Assembly: GCA_964248005.1 (NCBI GenBank)
Contig: CAXTWV010000003.1
Span: 1 to 62,107, forward strand
DNA from: an uncultured Ktedonobacteraceae bacterium
GTDB taxonomy: Bacteria; Chloroflexota; Ktedonobacteria; Ktedonobacterales; Ktedonobacteraceae
DNA length: 62,107 nucleotides
Direction: 5' to 3'
Shown: one piece after another, positions 46,089 to 56,153 of the stretch
How positions within the stretch are numbered: the stretch's first letter is position 1
Layout of the letters: each line of letters starts with the position of its first letter
Made by a program: the position numbers and the translations under genes
The notes under the pieces: model-generated
The model's input: the letters and a program-made list of their open reading frames with translations, nothing else
Told to the model about the DNA's origin: nothing
The model's database searches: none

Positions 46089-46871
46089 TTATTTCGTTTG
46101 CTCAGGTGTTAGTCCAAACTTGCGTTGTCTACTTTGCAAGATATCCAATGCTTGACGCAGATCCTCGCGTCCAAAGTCGGGCCAGAGCGTTGGCGTGGCG
46201 TAGTACTCGCTATAGGCAGATTGCCACAGGAGGAAGTTACTGACACGCATCTCTCCGGCGGTACGAATGACCATATCTGGATCAGGCAGGTCACGTGTAT
46301 ATAAATACGACGCGATCAGTTCCTCGTTGATGCTATCAGGATGCTTGCCATCAGCGATGATCTGACGGATAGCATCCACGAGTTCAGCACGTCCACCGTA
46401 GTTGAAGCAGACATTCAGGCCGATGTGTGTGTTATTACGAGTTAGTTCCTCAGAGTCGCGCACGGCCTTTTGAATATCGGGTGAGAGATCATAGAGACGA
46501 CCAAGATGGCGCAGACGTACTCCATCGCGGTGCAATTTTTCCAGGTCCGAGCGAATGGTCTCCCAAAAGAGACGCATGAGACCATCTACCTCAGCGCGTG
46601 GTCGCCCCCAATTTTCAGTGGAAAAGGCGTACACGCTGAGCATCTCAATATTCTCATCGGCAGCACACTCTACGACACGACGTAACGCGGTTACTCCAGC
46701 CTTGTGTCCTGCAAGGCGGGGCAAGTGGCGTTTTGTCGCCCATCGTCCATTGCCATCCATAATGATGGCAAGGTGGCGTACTGACTGAATGACTTGCTCT
46801 GTTGCGACAGGTTGTGACTGCGACGCAACGTTCTCCTTTCGGGAAGAAAAGAGATTGTTTATCTTAGCCAA
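46089..46871 (-). CDS. uppS: isoprenyl transferase / undecaprenyl diphosphate synthase
   Basis: HLAIIMDGNGRWA, AFSTENWGRP, IRTAGEMRVSNFLLWQSAYSE. Confidence 0.95.
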   Translation of the reverse strand: MAKINNLFSSRKENVASQSQPVATEQVIQSVRHLAIIMDGNGRWATKRHLPRLAGHKAGVTALRRVVECAADENIEMLSVYAFSTENWGRPRAEVDGLMRLFWETIRSDLEKLHRDGVRLRHLGRLYDLSPDIQKAVRDSEELTRNNTHIGLNVCFNYGGRAELVDAIRQIIADGKHPDSINEELIASYLYTRDLPDPDMVIRTAGEMRVSNFLLWQSAYSEYYATPTLWPDFGREDLRQALDILQSRQRKFGLTPEQTK

Positions 46872-46874
46872 GTG

Positions 46875-47435
46875 CTAGACCTCCATAAGTTCCTGTTCCT
46901 TACTTTTGCCGACCTTCTCCATCTCGTCAATGAATCGGTCAGTGAGCTTCTGCAGCTTATCAGTGCTGCGCTTCAGCTCATCTTCAGAAACTTCTTTTTT
47001 CTTTTCACGGTCACGTAGTTTATCCTGAACATCACGACGAACGTTGCGAACCGCGACTTTGTGCTCGTCCAGCTTCTTGTGAAGTGTCTTCGCCATGTCG
47101 CGTCTGCGCTCCTCGCTCATCGGAGGAATGTTTAGACGAATGACCTGTCCATCGTTGTTAGGATTGATGCCCAGATCAGATTTTTGAATCGCCTTTTCAA
47201 TATCAGGAATCATCTTGCGGTCATACGGTTGAATGACCACCTGACGTGCATCTGGAACTGACACCGATGCAACCTGAATGATGGGTGTTGGTGTCCCATA
47301 ATAATCGACCTGTATGCGGTCAACCAGCGATGAACTGGCCCGACCAGTGCGGATAGCCGTGAGGTCCTGTTTCAGAGCTTCAATAGCCTTCTGCATACGT
47401 CGTTCGGCATCACTAAATAAATCATCTGTCGCCAT
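46875..47435 (-). CDS. frr: ribosome recycling factor
   Basis: ORF 46875-47504, started at MATDDLFSDAERRMQKAIEAL (GGGAG SD). TGRASSSLVDRIQVDYYG and IRLNIPPMSEERR. Confidence 0.95.
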   Translation of the reverse strand: MATDDLFSDAERRMQKAIEALKQDLTAIRTGRASSSLVDRIQVDYYGTPTPIIQVASVSVPDARQVVIQPYDRKMIPDIEKAIQKSDLGINPNNDGQVIRLNIPPMSEERRRDMAKTLHKKLDEHKVAVRNVRRDVQDKLRDREKKKEVSEDELKRSTDKLQKLTDRFIDEMEKVGKSKEQELMEV

Positions 47436-47533
47436 ATTCAAAAACTCCCTTTTTCTACGAGCACACGACTTCCATAGTACTCTAAAAATGGGACGTGATA
47501 ACACAGGTGGTGCATATTATTTTTTCGACACCA

Positions 47534-48259
47534 CTATTCAGACTCTTTCACGTCAGCCACTAATGTACCACACTTTTCACCGCGCATGAGAGTTTCTAAT
47601 GCGCCATCCTGGTGCAAGTTGAATACAATAATCGGCATATGGTTGTCTTTGCACAGGGAAAGTGCGGTACTATCCATAACACGAAGCCCCATGTTCAAGG
47701 CTTTCATATAACTGATTTCTTCAAACTTTTTGGCGTTCGGGTTACGCTTTGGATCATCATCATAGATACCGTCTACATTTGTCGCCTTCAGCAGAACCTG
47801 AGTGTTCAACTCAACGGACCGTAGAGCAGCTGCCGTATCAGTGGTAAAGAATGGGTTGCCACTGCCAGCAGCGAGAATGACAATACGTCCTTTTTCCAGG
47901 TGACGTATTGCTCTGCGACGAATAAACGGTTCCGCGACTGGCGGCATTTCTATAGCAGTTTGAACGCGAGTCGCGATTCCCAATTTTTCGAGTGCGTCCT
48001 GCATAACAAGCGAGTTCATGACGGTCGCAAGCATCCCCACATAATCTGCCGTGGAACGGTCGATGCCAGTGGCGGCAGCATCGGCTCCACGCCACATGTT
48101 GCCACCACCAATGACCATCGCAACCTCAACCCCCAGGTCATACACACGCTGAACCTCGCCCGCGATACGGCGTACTGTCTCAGCATCTATACCATACCCA
48201 TGAGGGCCGAGAGCTTCACCACTCAACTTGAGCAGGATGCGTTTGTATGCAAGCGACAT
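47534..48259 (-). CDS. pyrH: UMP kinase
   Basis: [24 protein letters not shown], and VDGIYDDDP. Confidence 0.95.
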   Translation of the reverse strand: MSLAYKRILLKLSGEALGPHGYGIDAETVRRIAGEVQRVYDLGVEVAMVIGGGNMWRGADAAATGIDRSTADYVGMLATVMNSLVMQDALEKLGIATRVQTAIEMPPVAEPFIRRRAIRHLEKGRIVILAAGSGNPFFTTDTAAALRSVELNTQVLLKATNVDGIYDDDPKRNPNAKKFEEISYMKALNMGLRVMDSTALSLCKDNHMPIIVFNLHQDGALETLMRGEKCGTLVADVKESE

Positions 48260-48260
48260 A

Positions 48261-48857
48261 CTACTCGCCTAATTTAAAGCGGCTAAAGCGACGCAACACA
48301 ATGTTCTCGCCAGTCTCAGCGATGGCCTTGCGCACAAGTTCGCCAACTGTGACAGACTCATCTTTGACCCATGGCTGCATCATCAGCACGTCTGAGCCGA
48401 ATTCTTTCTTGAGCTTGCCATTGAGGAACTCTTCGCGGCGTGCCTCTGGTACGCGGTCAATCGACGGGTCTTCTGTGATTTTTTTACGCGCCTCTTCCAT
48501 GATCTCGGCAGGTACGTCTTCGTAGTTGACATATTTGGGAGCGACACCTGCAATTTGCAGTGAAAGTTCGCTGGCGAGTTTTTGGAAACCTTCGCTACGA
48601 GCTACAAAGTCGGTGCTACAGTTCAGTTCGAGCAAGACACCAACACTGTGATTGTGATGCACATAGGAGAACACTCCGCCCTCTTTTGTCTCACGACCAG
48701 CCGTGACCATCTTCTCGGCCTTCTTATCTCTGCGTGCTTCGAGATACTTTAACGCCTCCGCACGTGTGCTTGACTGTGTTAAAGCATTTTTGCAGTCCGC
48801 AAATGTCGCGCCAGTTTCCTCGCGCAAGCTTTTTACATCTGCTGCGGTATATTCCAT
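48261..48857 (-). CDS. tsf: translation elongation factor Ts (short form)
   Basis: ORF 48261-48875. The ATG at 48857 follows [32 protein letters not shown] (UBA-like N-domain). Confidence 0.9.
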   Translation of the reverse strand: MEYTAADVKSLREETGATFADCKNALTQSSTRAEALKYLEARRDKKAEKMVTAGRETKEGGVFSYVHHNHSVGVLLELNCSTDFVARSEGFQKLASELSLQIAGVAPKYVNYEDVPAEIMEEARKKITEDPSIDRVPEARREEFLNGKLKKEFGSDVLMMQPWVKDESVTVGELVRKAIAETGENIVLRRFSRFKLGE

Positions 48858-49000
48858 GATGCGAGTTCTCCTCATTCTTGTTGTGTATGATACTCAGAAT
48901 ATGCGAACAGTACAACGACCTCTGTCCATCACTTTTGGGTTCTGAGTGCTTGACAAGTGTGTCTATTCGTGTTTCCACGCTCTGTTTGTTACAGTAAGAA

Positions 49001-49036
49001 GCGGGAGGCGGAGGCAAGTGCCTCGTAACCTCCCGC
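49001..49036 (-). terminator. GC-rich hairpin between rpsB and tsf (attenuator/terminator candidate)
   Basis: GCGGGAGG cg GAGGCA ag TGCCTC gtaa CCTCCCGC. On the minus strand it is followed by TTCTTACTG. Confidence 0.5.
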
Positions 49037-49053
49037 CAAACAAGTAGTCTATC

Positions 49054-50031
49054 TTAGAGAGCCTCTCTTGAGACCAATTCCGGTTCGGTTGAAGCTTCAG
49101 GTGTGCTTGTTGCAGGAGTAGCGTCAGAAGTTGGTTGCGCTCCTGGAATGGGTTCAGTTGCAGTGCCGCTCTTGGCTACCACTTCCTCCACAACCGTATT
49201 GTTGATAGGAGTGACTTCTTGCGTTGTGATAGTGGCTACGGGTGCCTCTTGCGTCTCGGCTGCAGGAGCGGTGAAGGTTTCACTGGTGACGATTGGCTCG
49301 TCGCCGTCCTTCTCGCTAACCTCGTTGTCCTTATTGCGTGCGTCAAGTTCGCGGCGTCCCTCAACAACGGCGTCAGCGATCTTGGCACAGAGCAAACGCA
49401 CTGCGCGGATTGCGTCATCGTTGGCGGGAATTGGATAATCCATTTCGTCAGGATCAGAGTTTGTATCTGCAAGCGCGACAATAGGAATTTCTAAACGCAG
49501 TGCTTCCATAACGGCAGTACGCTCTTTGCGTGTATCGATGATGAAGAGTGCGGTTGGCAGACGACGCATGTCCTTGATGCCGCCAAGAATACGTTCCAGG
49601 CGTGTCATGTCGTCTGTTAAACGCTGAACTTCCTTCTTAGGCAGTCGCTCAAAGTCACCGCGATCACGACGGGCCTCAAGTTCACGAAGATAGCGAATAC
49701 GAGACTGAATGGTTTGGAAGTTGGTCAACATACCGCCGAGCCAACGCTGGTTGACATAGTACATGCCACAACGCTTGGCCTCTTCCGCAATGGCCTCTTG
49801 TGCCTGCTTCTTGGTGCCAACGAAGAGAATGGTGCCACCCTCTGCGGCAGTCTGCTCGATAAATTTGTACGCATCGTTGAGACGCGTGACGGTCTGCTGG
49901 AGGTCAATAATATGAATACCATTGCGATCCATGAAGATGAATGGTGCCATTTTGGGGTTCCAGCGACGGGTCTGATGTCCAAAGTGAACACCAGCCTCCA
50001 AAAGTTGTTTCATTGAGATAACGTTTGCCAA
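49054..50031 (-). CDS. rpsB: 30S ribosomal protein S2 with low-complexity C-terminal extension
   Basis: ORF 49054-50067. I favour the TTG at 50031 (GGGAGGA 7 nt upstream), giving [27 protein letters not shown]. About 85 extra T/E/P/A-rich residues at the C-terminus. Confidence 0.95.
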   Translation of the reverse strand: MANVISMKQLLEAGVHFGHQTRRWNPKMAPFIFMDRNGIHIIDLQQTVTRLNDAYKFIEQTAAEGGTILFVGTKKQAQEAIAEEAKRCGMYYVNQRWLGGMLTNFQTIQSRIRYLRELEARRDRGDFERLPKKEVQRLTDDMTRLERILGGIKDMRRLPTALFIIDTRKERTAVMEALRLEIPIVALADTNSDPDEMDYPIPANDDAIRAVRLLCAKIADAVVEGRRELDARNKDNEVSEKDGDEPIVTSETFTAPAAETQEAPVATITTQEVTPINNTVVEEVVAKSGTATEPIPGAQPTSDATPATSTPEASTEPELVSREAL

Positions 50032-50485
50032 AGACGGATCCTCCCTTGAATCCTCCGCTCTCCGCATGATTAAGCGTCAGGGTCCGCCAGGGCTTCACCA
50101 TTTTCCATTTTTGGTAAGGCAATTCAAAGGACCCCAGGGTTGGCGCGTGCGAGAGAGCGTGTGTACTTATAAGTGTGAAATGCATTCCACGAGTGCGGAA
50201 GACTCCTCCCGCTAAGTCGCAAGTATATACCATTATGCAGATTTAGACAAGCCCCTAAGCCAACTTCCATCAATCACATTTTCCGCTACAGCTAATTTGA
50301 CATCACTCTCCGCCTTGACAGCAAAAAGATTTATAGAGCAGCCCTTGAATATTTGTGTTCTTCAACTTCTATCATCTATAATGTCAACACACGTTTTGTA
50401 TTAGAACTTGTACACTTTTGATAACAAATACAAATTCTCGTTTATTTCTAATAAGATACAATAGAGTAAAAAAGAGAGGTATATC

Positions 50486-50713
50486 ATGCAAAAGTGGGAA
50501 TATTTAGTAATTGAACTTTCACGCGAGTCAAATTGGATCATTGCTCATTATGCTAACGAGGAAGAACTGGAAGGTTGGAAGAATGTTCCCCTACCTCGCT
50601 TTCTCAACCATCTTGGAGAACTTGGATGGGAATTAACAGGAACCTTGAGTGCTTCATTGAACAATACTATTGTGCCGGGTCATTTGTTTTTCAAACGTCC
50701 ACGAGGAGATTAA
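50486..50713 (+). CDS. DUF4177-like small protein
   Basis: MQKWEYLVIEL...LNHLGELGWELTG...HLFFKRP fits the DUF4177 pattern as I remember it. SD AGAGAGG. Confidence 0.6.
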   Translation: MQKWEYLVIELSRESNWIIAHYANEEELEGWKNVPLPRFLNHLGELGWELTGTLSASLNNTIVPGHLFFKRPRGD

Positions 50714-50941
50714 CCCATTTTTCTTGTCATTATTGAACAGGGAGAGACAGGTTATAGTGCATATTCGCCTAACCTTCCAGGGTACATAGCTATTGGAAAG
50801 ACACGCGAAGAAGTGGAGCTGAATATGCACGAGGCGATTGCAATGCATCTCCAAGGAATGATTGAGTATGGAGAGACAATTCCTGCGTCTACTAACCAAG
50901 CTAAATACATGGATGTTGTTGCACCAATATCTGCGGCATAG
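50714..50941 (+). pseudogene. HicB-like (UPF0150) antitoxin-fold ORF without a canonical start, in frame with the preceding TAA
   Basis: My translation gives PIFLVIIEQGETGYSAYSPNLPGYIAIGKTREEVELNMHEAIAMHLQGMIEYGETIPASTNQAKYMDVVAPISAA*. The GGYSAYxPxLPG and EEA..N..EAI..HL pattern is HicB-like. No ATG/GTG/TTG occurs before residue 33. No hicA is nearby. Confidence 0.5.
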
Positions 50942-50985
50942 AGATGATACAAATTCATTTTTGTATCATCTCCTCTTCATAATTG

Positions 50986-51201
50986 CTACTTATTACCTCC
51001 AAACAAAATGTCGAGCTTTCCCATAGCTTCTTTTCGCATCGACGGAAACACATGAGAATAAATGTCCATCGTAGTACTGATGTTACTATGTGCTAGAAGT
51101 TCCTGTGCAATCTTCAGATGGGCACCCATTCCTAACAGCATTGTAGCCGCACTAGTCCGCAAGTCATGAACATTTAACACACCTACTTCCACTCTCGTCA
51201 T
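50986..51201 (-). pseudogene. tyrosine recombinase/phage integrase C-terminal fragment
   Basis: 71-aa ORF VHDLRTSAATMLLGMGAHLKIAQELLAHSNISTTMDIYSHV carries only the HxxR, H and catalytic Y box. A stop lies directly upstream, and no N-terminal or core-binding domain is recognisable. Confidence 0.7.
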
Positions 51202-51635
51202 AAATCATGTATACTCCACTGAGAAATATTGCAGGATTGTAGGGAGAGTGTGGAACGCTATGCAGGGAAGAACACGTCATCATCGTGTGCGCTTGATCGC
51301 GTATGATGCGCTTGTCTTGCATCAGTGTCGTTTATCCACCTCCATACCAAGCCCTAGTCCTACTCCTCTTGCCCCATTAGTACCAGTACGGCTTTTTCTC
51401 TCCTCACGACAACGCCCCTTGTTACGTAAAGTACGACTGACCTATGAACGTAGGAAAATAGCCGAAATATAGGTTGTTCATAGCTAGTATGATGCATGCA
51501 CACAATCGGCATATCCAGAAATATCGTTGCTTGCTTCTTGCACAGGGGAGTATATGTGTAGTATAGACATATTTACGATTAGCGTAACGGCTAATCTCAT
51601 TTATAGGGGTTGTAGAAGTAGAAAGGGACATACCT

Positions 51636-52439
51636 ATGGTACGTATTATGATTGTTGATGACCATGCACTCATGCGCCGCGTGGTGCGCGAAGTGATTGA
51701 AAAGGAAGACGACTTGGAAGTAGTCGCGGAGGCTTGCAACGGGCTAGAAGCGCAAGAGCAAGCCGCACATGTGAAACCCGAAGTTGTGTTAATGGACCTC
51801 GATATGCCTGAATGTGATGGTTTTGAAGGCACAGAGCGCGTCCTAGCAAGCTCACCACAGTCCAATGTGGTTATCTTCACAGCATCACATCAAGAGCGGC
51901 ACCTGTTTCAGGCATTACAACACGGGGCAATGGGCTATATCACCAAGGATATCGAGCCAGATGCGCTTGTTCATGCTATTCGTTGCGCGGCACGCAATGA
52001 ACTATGTCTTCCTGGCTCTTTCGCCAGTCAGGTCGTCGCACATCTTCGCACATTAGGGAAAGAACATGAATCGCGGCTCTGGAACGAGCTTGTAGGAGAA
52101 GACGTACAAGGAGAGGAAGAGCAAAGAGAAAATTATCACACAAGTGCGGTCGCATATCGCATTCCACGCCGACCTTCAATGCGTCGGGTTCATGCGCTAT
52201 CGAAAACTGCTCAGCAGACGGTTTTGGAATCCCCTACTTCACCATCTCCTTCCGCGAGACCACTCACCGACCGCGAACAGGAAATTCTTGACCTGATGCG
52301 CAAAGGCCAAAAGAACCGCGAGATTGCTGCAACGCTATGTATTGCGGAATCAACAGTTCACAAGCATGTGCAGAACATCTTCGAGAAGCTGCATGCACGC
52401 AACCGCACCGAGGCAATTTACCTTACGAGTGCCAACTAA
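51636..52439 (+). CDS. NarL/LuxR-family response regulator with long linker
   Basis: REC (IMIVDDHALMRR, VVLMDLDMP, GYITKD) and C-terminal HTH LTDREQEILDLMRKGQKNREIAATLCIAESTVHKHV. An acidic/Ser-Pro linker of about 70 aa separates them. Confidence 0.9.
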   Translation: MVRIMIVDDHALMRRVVREVIEKEDDLEVVAEACNGLEAQEQAAHVKPEVVLMDLDMPECDGFEGTERVLASSPQSNVVIFTASHQERHLFQALQHGAMGYITKDIEPDALVHAIRCAARNELCLPGSFASQVVAHLRTLGKEHESRLWNELVGEDVQGEEEQRENYHTSAVAYRIPRRPSMRRVHALSKTAQQTVLESPTSPSPSARPLTDREQEILDLMRKGQKNREIAATLCIAESTVHKHVQNIFEKLHARNRTEAIYLTSAN

Positions 52440-52499
52440 ATAACTCAAATAGCTTTCGACTCTAATTCGAGTTACCACATTTACATACGGTCACAGTAG

Positions 52500-52545
52500 G
52501 TATCCAGTAAGGACAAAATGTCAGTGATTTGTCCTTACTGGATAC
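52500..52545 (+). terminator. hairpin terminator, 18-bp perfect stem
   Basis: GTATCCAGTAAGGACAAA atgtcagtga TTTGTCCTTACTGGATAC, between the convergent genes ending at 52439 (+) and 52596 (-). Confidence 0.65.
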
Positions 52546-52595
52546 GTGGTGTGTACTAACCGAGCATATTCTAGGCTTTCATTATATCAAAAGTC

Positions 52596-53105
52596 TCAGT
52601 GTTGTTGATGCAGAACATCAGGTTCTTGCACAACATGCATACCATATTTCTGGAAAAGCTGCATCATCTTTGTGGTATCCACTGGTGGCTCTTTGAAATC
52701 AGCCGATGGAATCGTGCGTGTTGGTGCAGGAACACCCATTTGCATCACCACCTGCTCAAAACCTGCTGGCGAGTAGAAGTTCAGGATGTGTGCTGTATCA
52801 CTATCCACTCGAAAACTATGAATGGTCCCAGATGGAATAGCAATAAAACTACCAGTTGATGCTTGAAGCTGCTTTCCATTTGCAATGAAGGTGATGTCTC
52901 CTTCAATCACGTAAAAGGCTTCATCTTGATCGTGATAATGGGGAGGAGGGCCAGAATTCTTGGGACACCACTCTTCCATCAGCGAAAATTGCCCTGCGGT
53001 TTGATCGCCTGTGGCGAGCATGGCCCAGAGAATACCTACCTGCCAATACGCAGGTGCATTCGTGTTGCTTTCTACATATGGCTGCTTTGTCGTTGGGAAA
53101 TTCAT
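52596..53105 (-). CDS. cupin domain protein
   Basis: PPHYHDQDEAFYVIEGDITF...GTIHSF gives the two cupin His-containing motifs. SD AGGAGAAGG. Confidence 0.75.
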   Translation of the reverse strand: MNFPTTKQPYVESNTNAPAYWQVGILWAMLATGDQTAGQFSLMEEWCPKNSGPPPHYHDQDEAFYVIEGDITFIANGKQLQASTGSFIAIPSGTIHSFRVDSDTAHILNFYSPAGFEQVVMQMGVPAPTRTIPSADFKEPPVDTTKMMQLFQKYGMHVVQEPDVLHQQH

Positions 53106-53124
53106 TTCCTTCTCCTACAAGATG

Positions 53125-53514
53125 CTATTCTGCTTTTGACGTGGGAGTATTGTGTCCACGACGCCCTTGTGCAATTTCTACATGGTAGCCATCAGGATCA
53201 GGCATCGCCATTGCTCGCTCCCACGGCTCATCATGTGGCGGTTCGCTGAAGGTCACTCCTTTTGCCTGTAGTTCTGCATATATTGCATCCAGAGAATCAG
53301 TACTCAGTTCGAGATGGACACGTTGTCTGAATGTGCGACTCTCTTCTTGCAGGTCTCCTCTAAGCAAACCGAGCGTACCTTCGCCAAGCCGTAGTAGAGC
53401 AAATTGTGGTCCGAACTGCTCCACTTTAAAGCCAAGTTGTTGATAGAATGCAACTGAACGCGCAACATCGCTTACTGGCAAACTCAACCCCTCGAAACGA
53501 AGCGTTTCTACCAT
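53125..53514 (-). CDS. VOC (glyoxalase/bleomycin-resistance) family protein
   Basis: ORF 53125-53571, started at MVETLRFEGLSLPVSDVARSVAFYQQLGF. HLELSTDSLDAIYAELQAKGV, and DPDGYHVEI. Confidence 0.8.
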   Translation of the reverse strand: MVETLRFEGLSLPVSDVARSVAFYQQLGFKVEQFGPQFALLRLGEGTLGLLRGDLQEESRTFRQRVHLELSTDSLDAIYAELQAKGVTFSEPPHDEPWERAMAMPDPDGYHVEIAQGRRGHNTPTSKAE

Positions 53515-53653
53515 CTTTTTCCTTCTTTCTTCGCTACTTGCTGTCCTTGTTAAATCATGAATGATGAGCACTTGAAGACGAAGGCAAAGAATGTTCCTTA
53601 GTCCTTACCCATCACCTCCATAGACTCTACCTCCTCTAAGAGACATTGATCTA

Positions 53654-54517
53654 TCAAATTCTTGCTCTTATTTCTCCATGAAGGGGACCACAATCACGCA
53701 AATATTGTCCAAGCGTGATACCAACGAACCGCTTAAAATGCATGTTGAGATGGCTCTGGCTATGAAAACCCGTTCGCATTGCTACTTCGGCAAGAGAAGC
53801 ACCATTAGCAAGGAGCTTTTTCGCGTGTGAAATTCGTACTTGTGTGAGGTAGGCATGAGGTGGAAGACCAACCGCTTTGTGGAAGACACGGCTGAAATAG
53901 AAAGGACTCAAATGAACGTATTGAGCTAAAGCATGGAGCGAAATGTTTTCTGAATAATGCTCCTGTATATACGCTTTCGTCAGCTGGATCGCCTCAGGTT
54001 CCTGTCCAGTTGTAGGAAAGGTAAAAGAGTTGGTCGAGAAGCGAACCAGATGCAGAATAATATCTTGCAGTAATGCATCTTGCTCTAATCGGGAAGACGG
54101 TGTATCGTGCAAAACATGATGAAAGGAAAGCATGTAAAAAGTGAAAGCCGCGTCATCAATGAGAAGTTCGGGAAAGAAGAGCATAGATTGCGGACGTTCT
54201 GTCATCTCAGCTAATGTTGTGCGGATAAAAGCTGGGGAGAGGCGCAATCCAATGTAATATTTCTTGCCTGTTTCAGGTGAAGATGCAGAGTGCGGTTCTT
54301 CTGGTGGCGTCAAGAGAACGGCACTCGGTGGCACACAATATTTTTTACCACGGCACAAAAATTGCCAATTTCTGCCCGGATTCAGACCTATTTCAAGCTC
54401 TTCATGAAGGTGTAGAGGACTTTTATAGGGCAAAGGTGGACCTGTAATGCTTTCAAGAAATGGATATTCCACAGGTCTTCGTACCATCATCCGTTCGTAT
54501 GGGGAATGCGTGTTCAT
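53654..54517 (-). CDS. AraC family transcriptional regulator
   Basis: N-terminal cupin-like sensor and a C-terminal double HTH (ISLHALAQYVHLSPFYFSRVFHKAVGLPPHAYL, VAMRTGFHSQSHLNMHFKRFVG). Confidence 0.85.
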   Translation of the reverse strand: MNTHSPYERMMVRRPVEYPFLESITGPPLPYKSPLHLHEELEIGLNPGRNWQFLCRGKKYCVPPSAVLLTPPEEPHSASSPETGKKYYIGLRLSPAFIRTTLAEMTERPQSMLFFPELLIDDAAFTFYMLSFHHVLHDTPSSRLEQDALLQDIILHLVRFSTNSFTFPTTGQEPEAIQLTKAYIQEHYSENISLHALAQYVHLSPFYFSRVFHKAVGLPPHAYLTQVRISHAKKLLANGASLAEVAMRTGFHSQSHLNMHFKRFVGITLGQYLRDCGPLHGEIRARI

Positions 54518-54699
54518 AGATTTATATACTCATTAATTCATCAAAAGGACTTTCTCTTTCAGCTACTCATTCAGTATACCCCACAATAGCATGTCTCATC
54601 CTCTTTCTTGCCATCTTATCTATTCGGTAATAGTAGTTGTTGTGGTACAATGGACTCTCTTATTAGATAACAAACTAAAGCATATAGTGGATTAGTAGC

Positions 54700-55425
54700 G
54701 TGTCCGAGCAACAAAACCAGCAGCCACAACAGGCATATATAAACCGATCAGCCAGCATGAAAGCAGAAGAGAAATCTGCGTTTCTCGCACGCAATGCTAT
54801 CTTTCGTCAACTTGACGTAGCCGAGCTACATGACATAGAACGCATCGCAACCATAGTTACCTATGCACCAGGACGTATTCTGTATCGACCGGGTGAAAAA
54901 GGCACAACGCTCTTTTTGTTGGTTTCGGGCGTTGTTCATCTCTATCATCTCTCAACCGATGGGCGAAAGCTGATTACGGCAACACCTGAAGCAGATAGCT
55001 GTTTTGGAGAGGTTGCACTGCTCGATAATGGGACGCATAGCAGTTTCGCCGAAGTCATCAAAGAGGCTCGCATCTGTCTCATTAGCAAACATGATATCGA
55101 GCAACTTGCCGCACATACACCCTCAATTACGACTGCGCTGCTAAAAAGCGCGGGTGAGCACTTTGCGCAAATTGAAGCACAACTTGTAAACACAACTTTT
55201 AAAAGTGTGAATGCACGACTCGCAACGCTTTTGCTACAATTAGCACAGGGAACTCAAATGGTCGATGGACTTAGCCACGAAGAATTGGCAGAGCATTTAG
55301 GCACTTATCGTGAAACGGTGAGCGTTGCATTACGTGACCTCAAAGAGACCGGGACTATTGAATTGGGACGTAGACACATCACAATTTGTAACAAGGGGTT
55401 ATTACAGGAAATAGCAGGCTCATAA
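54700..55425 (+). CDS. Crp/Fnr family transcriptional regulator
   Basis: cNMP-binding beta-barrel ([28 protein letters not shown]) and [33 protein letters not shown] start; an alternative Met lies at 54757. Confidence 0.85.
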   Translation: MSEQQNQQPQQAYINRSASMKAEEKSAFLARNAIFRQLDVAELHDIERIATIVTYAPGRILYRPGEKGTTLFLLVSGVVHLYHLSTDGRKLITATPEADSCFGEVALLDNGTHSSFAEVIKEARICLISKHDIEQLAAHTPSITTALLKSAGEHFAQIEAQLVNTTFKSVNARLATLLLQLAQGTQMVDGLSHEELAEHLGTYRETVSVALRDLKETGTIELGRRHITICNKGLLQEIAGS

Positions 55426-55459
55426 TAGCGTTTTTAAACAGGAAGCAGAAATACCTTTT

Positions 55460-56146
55460 ATGACAACAGTACAAACAACGATTATTCAAGCCAAAAACGT
55501 CAAGAAAATTTATCGCAATGGACATTTACGCGTTGAAGCTCTTGCAGGCATCAATCTGGCAATCGCACCTGGGGAGATGGTCGCCATTATGGGGCAAAGT
55601 GGTTGTGGTAAAACAACACTGCTCAACTGTCTCTCTGGTTTGGATAGTGTTGACGAAGGTGATATTTTCATTCGTGGTGACAACCTGCGTGATTTGAGCG
55701 ACAACGAGCGTACATCCTACCGAGCAAGACATATGGGCTTTGTCTTTCAAGATTTTAATTTGCTCCCTGTACTGACCGCTGTCGAAAACGTGGAACTACC
55801 GATGCTCGTTTCCAAGGTTCCTAGCCGCAAAGCCCGTATACGTGCATTAGAGGTGCTCGACCTTGTGGGACTCTCGGACCGCGCTGGACACCGACCAGCC
55901 GAGCTTTCTGGTGGGCAAAGACAACGCGTCACCATCGCCAGAGCCTTGACCAACAATCCCGCTATCGTCTGGGCCGACGAACCAACAGGCAACCTCGATA
56001 GCGAGACCGCCTTAGAGATTATGGACCTGCTCACAACGCTTAACAAAGAGAATGGACAGACCTTCGTGATTGTAACACACGCACTAGAGGTTGGACATCG
56101 AGCCGACCGGATTATCACAATGCGCGATGGGCATATTGTAGAATAG
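55460..56146 (+). CDS. ABC transporter ATP-binding protein (MacB/LolD/FtsE-like), no permease adjacent
   Basis: Walker [11 protein letters not shown]-loop, signature LSGGQRQRV, Walker [14 protein letters not shown]-loop VTHA. Confidence 0.9.
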   Translation: MTTVQTTIIQAKNVKKIYRNGHLRVEALAGINLAIAPGEMVAIMGQSGCGKTTLLNCLSGLDSVDEGDIFIRGDNLRDLSDNERTSYRARHMGFVFQDFNLLPVLTAVENVELPMLVSKVPSRKARIRALEVLDLVGLSDRAGHRPAELSGGQRQRVTIARALTNNPAIVWADEPTGNLDSETALEIMDLLTTLNKENGQTFVIVTHALEVGHRADRIITMRDGHIVE

Positions 56147-56153
56147 TTATTCT

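Noticed and set aside
51202-51635. Upstream continuation of the integrase in other frames, and ORFs 51248-51472 (+) and 51422-51880 (-)
   Set aside because: Translations in all three minus frames gave only a very weak LGL..E.D-like patch (GARGVGLGLGMEVD) broken by stops. The listed ORFs have no motifs, and one overlaps the response-regulator gene antisense.
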